Part shown: positions 23,980 to 34,735 of the stretch, piece after piece
Layout: each line of letters starts with the position of its first letter
How positions within the stretch are numbered: the first letter of the stretch is position 1
Origin: Blasia pusilla
Taxonomy: Eukaryota
Assembly: GCA_050084515.1 (NCBI GenBank)
Contig: CM114271.1
Span: 15,438,001-15,502,000, forward strand
DNA: 64,000 bases
Direction: 5' to 3'
The notes under the pieces: generated by a model
The model's input: only the letters and a program-made list of their open reading frames with translations
The model's database searches: none
What the model was told of the DNA's origin: nothing
Program-made: the position numbers and the translations under genes

Positions 23980-24494
23980 TAAAATAAAGATCCAATCTCT
24001 CTCACAACACCATAGTTCTCACATGTGTGCACGCTCACATGTGTCTCTCAATGTCAAACCAAATCCACTCTCCTAATGAGAGGCTTGGGTTACACTCACA
24101 AGGCAAGGGACCATAGCTCCACCGCCTCGTGCCAAGAGGTTCAACAAGAGAGAATGAGCCCTCAAACTCTCTCTCCTTGAGGTATACGCCTCCCCTCCCC
24201 CAAGCTCTCTTCATGGTAACCTATGCTCCCAAGTCACCTCCTTGGCTCTTGATCTGATGTAGGAGGTCAAAGTCCACTTACTAAAAATATAAAGGCGACC
24301 ATATACTCAAAATAGTACTTACCTAAAATAGTAAGTTCCTCAATATGGCTCTAAATGAGCCGAAACGAAGGGGAAACTTGCTCTCTCGGATTCCCAGGGC
24401 CTGAACGGGTCATCCTCGATATCCTGATCATGTTCTCCACTACTCGAGAAGGCGCTCTACTAGATCTCACCAATCTATTCTAAAAGATGTGACA
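23980..24494 (-). repeat. A1 repeat (5' terminus of copy 2)
   Basis: 515-bp direct repeat of 15082-15597. Starts TGTCACAT on the minus strand and is not followed by a B copy. Confidence 0.92.
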
Positions 24495-24767
24495 GGTCGT
24501 ATTTCATGTTTGAGCTAACAACATGTACCTTAAGGAATTAATCAGCACGCTCTGATTTAGGCAAGCAACTTGGGAAGATTGATCAAGGCTTGAGGAAGAG
24601 GCTTCTTAGGGAGACGGTATGCACTTGGGGAGACTCAACCTAATTAGCACTTGCTGACTTCTATGCTATCTATTGAATGTGAAACCAATTGAGCCTTTGG
24701 AACTCAATCTAAGTCTTTGGCTTACAAAAATCAAGGTTGGGAGTGCTTCGAGGTAAAGTAGAGGATG

Positions 24768-24769
<2 letters not shown>

Positions 24770-24837
<68 letters not shown>
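24770..24837. repeat. (CT)n microsatellite
   Basis: Seen directly. Confidence 0.98.
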
Positions 24838-24838
<1 letters not shown>

Positions 24839-25199
24839 GGATATTAAGGATAAACTTACAAAATGGGAATTCAATCATGGCTAAAATATAAGGATTACCT
24901 ATAAAGGCAAGTTTCTCTAAGTAATCATAAATATTGCCTAAATTTGGGGTAATTTGCATGAGGAGGTTTCCCAAAGCCCTAATGGTAATAATTCACCTAT
25001 TGATGTTGGCGCCCTACCTTTAAGGATATGGTACGAAAATACTCTGTAGTATAATATAATTGATATTATAAAGTGAAAGGGAACAATTATAGTAAAAGCT
25101 TAAAAGATTAGGTGATAACTCGTTAATTAACATCACTAATTGTTTAGGGAAAAAAAATCATACCAAAATATAGTGATAGTGAGGACATTCAATATTCAA

Positions 25200-28100
25200 G
25201 TATTTTCCATGTATATATATATATATATCGCTACATAATCCATATCACTAATCATATCTATACAACACACAACACCGATCTTCCTAACAGACGGATTGAT
25301 CCAAACATACAAAAGAATGCACTCATGCAAGCACACCAAGACCACGCAACAAAAAAAAAAGAAAAAAAAACCCGTCCAACTCGCAATATCAGCATATACT
25401 CTTGCTCGGTGTGTTGTGAATTTAGTGGAGGAGACCAAGTAGTGATTAGAGCTTCCACGCTTAGAGAGAGAGTTTGTACTTCAGGTGGTCCATCCAATGC
25501 CTTGTGATGTTCTTTCAGATTTGAACTCTTCATCATACCATCTATTAAACCTGATTGGGATCCCCTCGGGGAATCCTAGAAGACATTACTTACTAGTACA
25601 GCATCTTTGGGCAATCAATCCAGGGTATTGAATACGTTGAAGAATTTTGGTGTGACCAGCTTGGCTATATCAGCATATGCTCTTGCTCTATGTGTTTTGA
25701 ATTTTGTGCATCAAACCAAGTAGTGACCAAGGCACAAGAGTATAGTTGAGTTCCATCCTGGTTTACTTATGGTTCAAGGGGATACAAGCCGTCCTAAGCA
25801 AGGGCTTTCCACAAAATGTTTCTTCAATTTTTCTTGTTGTGGATTTACCCTCAAGAGAGTGAGATCATACATTTTCATGCCTTACTCCATGTTTTTCTGT
25901 TGTGATCATTTTCCCACTACTTTGGTAATGGTATCCAAAAAATCCTTTCTCATCCACCGTTCGCCTTGAGGAATTTCAGACTCTAACATCTAAGCTCCTA
26001 CCAAAACCTAGCAAGAGTGGTGCTCCAAAGGCTCAATATGAGAGAGACGGCTTGAGAAAACCATCTTTCCCTCCCTTATATCCTTGGAAAGAGGCAAAAT
26101 TCTCATCCCCTAGAAATAGCCCTCTCAATAGTAACTTGCACATAGATGTTACCAGATGACTCTTGACTTGGTCCACACGTAGCCTCACCTAAAATAGTAA
26201 AAGAGGGGAATTTTTCTAAACAACATTCTCGTCATAACAGAGTTGTTATTATATGCTCAAATCATTTGCTAACCCTCTACATTTTTTATATGGCATAACT
26301 CTACATGTCGAGTAACTAAGATATGAAAAATAGCGTGCACATACATGTGTCTACATAACCCACATTGCTAGTCACATCTACGCAACCCTGATATTCCCTA
26401 CATATAGGTATGATACCTCAGAGAGCATGTAACACATGTGCCCAACATGATCTGCTATCTTATACACATCCAACAACATGAGAGCTATCATATATGCAAC
26501 ATCTTCAAACACATGCTCCCCCTCTAATCCATCTTATCTATTTCAACCTAGAGATACCAATATGTCAGTATGTTGGCTTGTAACACTACAACTAATTCTG
26601 ATGTTGATCCCTCGGAAGAAATCTAACACTCTCATGCCCTCCTCTAGACATTGCCACACAATAAGTGTGGTATCCAAAGATATTATGTCTCCATTCTATG
26701 AGCATGATCCTCACCTAACTCTATATGCTCTAGGAAAAAGGCGCGACTTAATGCGTGCCTCATGAACTCGTATGTATTCCTCTAAAAGTCAATGCTTGTC
26801 CACACAATGGTGAAGATGTCTCCGCATCATGTGAAGAGATACCCATTATGGCATGTCTCTCAATGGGATTATCTGCTATTGGGATGTCCTCTTCATGTAC
26901 GCTCCCCTCTAATAACGCTCTTGTCCTGCTAACTATATCCCTGAATGTTGCCAATATAGTCAGAACATCACCTTGTGGATCACTGCTACGCCCTACGAAT
27001 CGCATAAGTAAATGGCTTACTTGTCCATCACCTAATCGCCATCATGATCTTGGTTGATAAAAAATCATCTCTTCACAAAAAATAAGGATGAAACCAAAGG
27101 GGTTCAACATCGTACTCCTTGCCAACACATCATACAACTTTGCTTATGTTGTAATCGCAAGATTGCGCACCATCTGAAGCATGCTTTGGCTAGAATCTAA
27201 CAACTAGCTCTTGTTGAGTCATGTTTTTCAGGGATGATACGACCCTGAAAAACATCGTATCATCCCTGAAAAACATGTTACGATGTTTTTCAGGGATGAT
27301 ACGATGAAAAACATCGTATCATCCCCAATGTTGCCTTTCCATAACCCCAATGCCAAACATGCAGCCTTCCCTAACTTCAAGGTTGTGCTCTTGAAGTTAG
27401 GGAAGTAGGATGTGCATCGAATGATATACCATACATATGGGACTAACCAAGCATAACATCCCACTCCAATTGTCCAAAAATACCATACTTGGTATCACCA
27501 TGGTTTGCTCTTTCGTTGGTCTAGCTGGCGTATCTGCCAACTTGGATGTTGCAACCTTCCATGATTCAATGCAGCGAGTCCCAAGAACCTACCATGAGGA
27601 TAGTTCCACCACCTCCTAAGAAACTACCTCTGAATGAAAGTTAGAAACCTCTTTACACTCACACACTGTGGCGGCCAACTCGAACACCTCTGATGGTCCA
27701 ACTCCCATTTTATCAAGTTCATGGCAGAAAATAATGGAGCATGGCTCACCCAGGTGGCCATCTTCAATAATGTAATCGATACTAATTCCAACCGAGTATG
27801 AATAGGAGTTCCCTCTCCAACTCCTCATGACATCGACATACCCATACCACTTGTGGGCACAAAAAGTTGCCTAAGCACCACTGATGGTGTATGAAGTGCC
27901 TTTGATAACGTGGAAGACTATAGAATCCTAGCATATCGCCCATCGATCAATCTCCTCTTGTGGGTCTTTCTCAATTCCACCTCTCTATGGATCGATCACT
28001 TTTGAAGCACCCCGAGTCAGATCAACATCAACCTCTACCTTAGATGCATTGCACATTAATCTCAAGCCAGTTTACTCCTCCCACATATTCTGATACAATA

Positions 28101-29330
28101 TATAGAGGGCGGGGCTAAAGTGGTTACTCTCGACTGCGTGTCCATCATTGGCTATGTCATACTCACGGCAACAATCCTATGCTTCAATGATCAATGTGAG
28201 CGAGGAGCATTGCATCTTGTGCACATCCTCCATTTCCTCTAATAGGTGGTGGAATTCTATCACCGCGGTCAGAAACTCCTCGACTTCCACCAACTTGTTG
28301 CCCTCATCCTACCTTTGGATATATCTTCGACAAAGCTCATAACATCTATTCCTTGTGTGACCATATCTATGGCAATGATCACATTGTGACTATGGTGGAG
28401 CATCCGAGGTGGCTCCTAAAAAATATAAGACAAGCTCGACCCTCTACCATACTTTAGGCAATCCCTTTGCATGTGGATTCCACCAAAAATCCAACACATC
28501 AAACTTGCTCCTTGCCAACCAACATAGGTCTGCTCGGGTTGTTGCCTCATAGGCTCACGATATCCACTCTCCTTACTAGGCACATCGACTCGCTCTCGTG
28601 CCATTGATGCACTTGTGGGTACTTGTGGAGCTACTAGCACTTGTGGATATGTCAACTCTCGAGGGAGTTGCATGGTCATAATATGCTGCTCCCTCATCTT
28701 GAGCTCAAGATGCTCAAAAAATTCGAAGACCATCTTCAATGTGGGCTTCATTGTGTGAAGCAACATCACATCTCAAACTCTTCTCCATAGCTCTCAATCC
28801 AAAACCACATAAGAATATAGAATTATGTGTGCCCTAATCACTCAATGAGTGGTAATGATCAGTCATCATATGCGCATGAACGCCTCTCATAGGCTCTCAT
28901 CATATCTCCACTGAAATTCTTGTAAACTCTTAAGCTTATTATTTTGCATGCCCTAGTAGTTCATCCCTGACTCTCGAAACAACTCCATTGTAGGATTTAA
29001 ATTAGATGGCCCTCTATACCACCTCATCGCCATCACTCCCATCATCTCCATCTAGTCCATGGATTGATGATGTGGATCTAAGCTCCCTCACTACCCCATT
29101 ACGTGCCTTACAACCACTATTGGACACATATCTTGGAGCCCCATACACCCTCAATCATTGATCTCTATGATGTAGAAAGTTCAAAACTCACGAGAATCAT
29201 CCATTAGAGGTCCCTCTAAACATTGGAGCAAACTTTTCCTGACATGTGGGGGTTAAAGTATGTAGGGGCTTAAATCTCTTGGTATTTACACCATATGTCT
29301 AAATCCTAGATGAATTCATCTAGAATATAT
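25200..29330 (-). mobile_element. Heavily decayed, internally deleted relative (copy 3): gag, protease, DNMT N-terminus; RT/RH/INT not recognised
   Basis: Gag QCLEGPLMDDSREF (about 29230), knuckles CWIFGGIHMQRDC and QCDHCHRYGHTR (about 28500-28350), VFLDNWSG (about 27480), LYDVL (about 27135), then EEGMRVLDFFRGIN (about 26644-26603) and YL*VEID. Boundaries are approximate. Confidence 0.75.
27220..27325. repeat. Nested inverted/direct micro-repeat cluster
   Basis: ATGTTTTTCAGGGATGATACGA and its reverse complement (T)CGTATCATCCCTGAAAAACAT alternate in about 5 full or partial copies. Confidence 0.9.
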
Positions 29331-32100
29331 GTAAAACATTAATATAACTCAAGAAATCTTATGCTCATTCTATTATTTTTGGGTAAAATAAAAAACAGAG
29401 GACTTGACAGGCGTCAAAGGTCAGTTTATTTATCGGTTAGTGGTCCAGGTGAACCAAAAAAAGACCTTTACATTTAAAAAAATAAGTTCAAATTAAAAAG
29501 TGGTGACAAAAAATGAATGTGAAGGAGACTTAGAAATATGAAATGAAAATTGGGGAATTTTTAGGAAATTCTCTTAGAAATTTAAAATTATGCTTATTCC
29601 ATTGTCTAACCAAGGATATGGTACAATTAAAATAGATTTCAAGAGATTGGATAGTTTAAGAGATACGGTCATTCACAAGTTTTCAACATAAAGTTAAGCA
29701 AATAATTAAAAGTATGATGGGCTAATGCAAGAAATAAACTTTCAAATAAAACTAATAAAATAAATTTATTTTTACAAATCAGAAAAGAGAATGAATACCA
29801 AGGAGACTTAGGAACATCTGGTAAAGATTGGGAATTATTTATAAAATGGAAAGTTATTTATAAAATAAAATTTAGTATAATTTCTAAAACTTTCTTGTCA
29901 TTCTATATTTCTGAACGTCTTATAGTACAGAATTTAAAAAAATCAAGAGAGTTCATAAGTTTCATACATAGTGTTTCATCCATAGGTTATGGACGTGAGC
30001 TAACACAAGTAATAGTACTAGTTAGTGCCCATGACGGACCATGCCATACACGGTCCTGTGCATATACGCCTTCGTCCCGTGCGTATATGCCCTCTTGTGA
30101 ATACGCGTCTTGCCGTGCCTCGTGTTTATACGCTTCGTCTTAAATACACGTAGGGTTTCTAGGAACACGTGTCATGTTCCGGAGGTGTCGTAATGTCAGA
30201 ACCGTAGCATAGACCACTCCGCAAATTATAGTATAGATGATGATGAGCTTACGTAGAAAATAAACCTTTAAGTTAAATTTCACACGTAAGTTTAGTTTTT
30301 TAAATGAGGAACGACAATCAACATTAGGAATACTTAGGAACATTTAATGAAGATTGGGAAAATATTTTAAAGTGTATTTTTAATTTAAAAATTAATATTA
30401 TTGCTAAAACCGTATGTTCATTCTCCTTTCTAACTTAGCGTAAGCTGGATTTAAAAATATGAATTCAAAGAGTTTAACATCCAAGAGAATCGTAAACATA
30501 CATTTCTCTTGAAAATTAATGACAGACAGGCTCTCACTTCTTGTTAAAAAAAACTCATATCTTTTCCCTTACTAGTGGGGAAAAAGAAGTGATAGTTTCC
30601 TTTTCCAACCCCCATATATCAATTAAGAAAAGAAAGCTACTAATTTGGATATTTTTTCCAAAATTTTCCTCCCAATTGAGCTTGAAAGATTTATTTCTTT
30701 ATTCAATAAATTTGAAGAACAATTCTTGTCGCATCATTCTCTTTTTCCCATCATTTCACTTTCCTTCCAAATTAAACTTGAATTTAATGACTGTTTCCTA
30801 AACTGTTAGAAAATAAGAACAATTTCATGAATATTTATTATTAAATATTAACGTACGTGAGTTGCGAAATGTAGTTACACCTCACGCCATTTATAGTATT
30901 ATTGGGCACGCCTCCTGATGATACATGTCTTTTTGGGCTTAAAATTACTGGACACTTATAAATATTTGACACGGATAGCATTCTCCCTCTTGATTTTGAA
31001 AGAGTTTGGGCACATGGGGACCAACTTGTAGGTCATGCGCATGAACTAACCTAAATAATAGAGTGGAGAGGTTTTCTTTCTAACTAAAGAATCATAATAA
31101 TGTTTTTAATAATATTGGTTTTAGGCTGCGCTAGCAATATTATTGTCTGGATGCAATACATGCCAGAGTATTCTCTCTCACATGTGAGAGGGCTCTCTAA
31201 TAAGTGCCCATGATAAAATTTCAAAGATAATTTTGTGTTATGAGGAAAAAGACAAAAATGTGTAACCCAAGGACACTTGGCAGCCTTTCAGAGTTTAACA
31301 TAGAGAAGAAATAACGCAAATAATAGTGCAGAATTGAAAAGAATTTTCCATCGCCGTAACCATTTAATTTTCATCGCACGGGAATGAGTCTAAATTCTGG
31401 AATTTAGAAGTGACCGAACAATCTCACCCATTGCGTCCGTGCGACATCCGACACGACATTTTTTTGGGTTTGTTTTTTGTTTTGGCCTTTCGATAGCGAT
31501 TCGCGAGGCTCGAGAACGAGCGAGCGTACGGCCATTCGCAAGCTGGCGGGTCGACGGAAATAGCTATTCGCGATCCAGTTCCGCAGTGCGACGCGGCATA
31601 AGAGTCCGTCTCTCAGTCCATCCCTCGGTCCGAAGAGTGCAATCCCTCGGTGCGATGCGGCAGAAGAATCCGTCTCTCGGTCCGTCCGTCTGCGTGCGTC
31701 TGTCCGCGGCTGTGTGCGTGTAGGGGTGTGGTGGGGGGAAGGGAGAGGAGGAATCTGGTGCTGTTTGCGGGAAGGGTTTCCGTTCGTGCAAAGCAGCGGA
31801 GTCGGAGGAGTGGGAGAAAGAGAAGGAGAAGGGATCCGAATGATTGGCTATGGAGGAGGGGAGGAAGAGAAGGGGTCCTCCCGAGAGCTTGATTAGGGTT
31901 TTAGCAGATGCGTGGGACTCGAGAGGGGCGAGGAGCGAGGGACATTGTGGAGGGGCGAGCTGGGGAATGTCCGAGGCGAGTGTCGGGAATTCGTGGGTGA
32001 GGAATTCGGTAGCAGCTGCGCAATTCTGCGGAGTTCAGTTTGGTGAATGAATGAATGAGCTCTCGGGGCCCGGCCTTTCCTGCGGATTTGGAATTGGATG

Positions 32101-32144
<44 letters not shown>

Positions 32145-32940
32145 TGTTGGTGTGTATGTCAGGGACAGGTGGTACTGGATTTGTTGGGAACTGGACTGGA
32201 CTGAACTGAACTGGACTGGACTTGCAGCGGCGGCAGATGATGCGGAGGCGACGAGGCGTAGAAACTAGTGTCTGATGTCCTATTGTTGCGGTGGACGAGA
32301 TCGTATTTTGGGAAGGGTCCTGGTTTTGGGGGGGACTTTCAATTCTCCTGTAGAAACCTCCAGAGCCGGTGATGAAGATATTCTCTCGTCGAATTCAATT
32401 CTCGTACTTCTCAGGATTTGTGGAGTTCATTTTGGACGCTAGGTATCCGTGCTTCAAGTCGGGGTCTACAGATAGAGCTGCCAAGGAGACGCACTGGAAG
32501 TGACCAATTCGGAGTTGGAAGCTGGAGATAGGTTTTGGGTAAACGCGATCAGCACTGACCAGCGTATGCGGTGCCATTCACTGTTTAGTAGTTGGGATTA
32601 TCGGTGCCTGATCCCACTGGTGGAAGTGTGTTACATGTCGAACCTGCCGGGCAGGTCGCATGAGCAGCTGTACAGCCGTCGTCAGTCCTCTAGGCTGGAT
32701 CGAATTATCGAGATCTAAAGAAGGCTTCATCAGCGGGTTTGCTCTCTCCCCCACTCTGTCTGTCTGTCTGTGTGGCTTGCAGGGGTGAGCACTACCTGCG
32801 AATCAATTGACTCTTTTAGTCTCTTCTTTGGATCAGGTGTGTGCTCACCAGGAGGTCTATTGTGTCCCGCGGGACCTTCACAAACAGGGCAGGAGCGTGT
32901 GCGGTCGCTGTAAACATTTCCAAGCGATGCGTGTTTATAT

Positions 32941-32941
<1 letters not shown>

Positions 32942-33007
<66 letters not shown>
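32942..33007. repeat. (AG)n microsatellite in the ethylene-receptor upstream/leader region
   Basis: Seen directly; a shorter (AG)n lies at about 32111-32139. Confidence 0.98.
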
Positions 33008-33009
<2 letters not shown>

Positions 33010-34735
33010 GCTACAGCGGTTCCGATGGTCCACATCACGGGGAGAAGTTCGGAGATTTCGACGAGGGTTAGTTTCCCAGCTGAGTCTCGAGACGAAGTGG
33101 TGTGATAGCTGTTGTCGCAATTGAGGCGGAATATAGTGGAGCGATCGATGGACAGGCTTTACGAAGGACTGGAAGGCGATTGGCGAAGTCAATTCGCTAG
33201 GAAGGGAACTGACGCTGTCCTAGAGTCGGATATGCGAGGACTCAAGATCAAAGCGCTCGCGCTTGCTCTCCGTCCTTGCAACTCTAATCTTAGAGTACAA
33301 AGCGTAGGGCTCTGGGCACGCGCTGGTTAGGTAGAAAGGATAGGACACAATATCTGCCGCACTTATTTTCGTCCCTACCTTGTATTTTTGGTCTGCACTG
33401 ACATCATGCCCCGTGGTTATCCAGCTTAAAAACGAGGGCTTTTAGGATTCTTCCATACGAGAAGGTGACGGGGAGGCATTTGAGCTGGGTTTGTTCGTTC
33501 GCAAAGTGGATAGTATCGTGTTTGTGTCTCAGACTTCAAACCATCTCTAACATCGGGAGCTGATCATGCCTGTGGGAACCTCATGGTATTAGCCCTCAGC
33601 AGTCATTCTGGTAGTGATGATCCCCGGATTGAGGGTGGCCTATGCCATCACCTAATCTACACTCCATCCAACCTTCGATCTGCCATAGATTGTGTCCTGT
33701 CAGCGTTCTTGAATTCTGTGTTGTTCCAGTTCAACCATTACCTCATCTCCTCGTCCCTCTCCATTCTCGGATTACTCTTACCCTTTGAATAGCCCAGCCA
33801 GTGAATTCGTATGGTGATGGGTTTCCTCCTGAAGTGGTAGTCGAGTAGTACGTAACTGTTGTACTGTTACTATCTTCTGTTAGGAAATGTTGAGAGGCAA
33901 GTACTAGGATTCTATCTCGTAAACGTGCAGCTGTACCTGTTGTTTCATCACGACTACTGCTTCTACTGGGTTGCAAGCTGACACGGTATAAAATGGTTGA
34001 AGGTTTTGGCTGGAGCATAAACTGGCGCCGAGTCCCGAATTTGGAGAATGTAGCATTTTTCGTTTCTCCAGTTTTTGTACGGGAGGTGAAATGGTGGAAG
34101 AAAGTCTGCACATCAACAATGGTTACTTTGCAAGACTTGGGGAGGCCATCATTGCCTTGAACAGATGGAAGTGTCAGAATGACTCTGAAGATCGCTGAAA
34201 GACAATGTAAGCCTTGCATATTTCAATTACTTGACGCACTTGATATTCAGCGAAAACATAACATTTGTTGTTCCGGGAACGAGATTTCTTGGTCGGATGT
34301 AGGCATCCTGTACTGGGGAGTTTTGTCTTTTTTTCTGGTGTGTCTTGGTCTGTAGTTTGCAAGGTCCAACGTTTCCTACCCCGTTGTGCCCAAGAGTATG
34401 AATGAATTTAGGGCTGTGAGTGGCAATCATCTGAGCCCAAGATGGGCATTTCATCACGAACCTGTCTTTTTGGATGTCTTTTGTGATGGGCCGGGTTTGC
34501 ATGGTGGTTGATATCTGTAACTTTTATGAGACAATTTGGATTAGATCTGAAAGTAAAATAATCTTCAGGGAACTATCAAGGGTAATAGAAGCTACTATTC
34601 AAGTCACGAGTCTTGGAAAGGAGAGGTTTGGGTTGTGGCTAAGCACTGCAATTGCTTTGTTCTTATACAGGTGACCCTTTCATCTGCGCGTATTTCAGAA
34701 GTTAAGGCCTTGCGCTCTTCAGAAGATTCGCCCCA

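Larger units (their letters stand above)
14971..24494 (-). mobile_element. Near full-length, decayed Ty3/gypsy-type retrotransposon (copy 2): gag-PR-DNMT-RT-RH-INT-PHD with split direct repeats
   Basis: Termini TGTC...GACA. Gag has two Zn knuckles (CWSCGGAHHQHDC, CDYCQRYGHTRARY). Protease VLLDSGA at about 20231-20208. RT LPFGLKNAPAEFQR...CNIDGIIVFS (18425-18039). RNase H FQLHTNWS...YSSYEGECLA...TNHKPL (17798-17388). Integrase core HYGVPSEVLKNQGTKF (about 16930-16200). PHD at the C-terminus. The PR-RT-RH-INT order is Ty3/gypsy. Confidence 0.95.

Noticed and set aside
22774-23982. Antisense ORFs in the retroelement leader as an accessory gene
   Set aside because: Short and discontinuous with no recognisable domain; cannot be supported from one decayed copy.
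15082-24494. Reading A1/A2 as ordinary 5' and 3' LTRs
   Set aside because: Their shared inner end does not finish in CA, there is no PBS after A1 and no PPT before A2, and the true CA terminus lies in B, which flanks A2 on both sides.
27220-27325. CRISPR-like array
   Set aside because: Units alternate in orientation with no unique spacers, the context is eukaryotic, and no cas genes are present.
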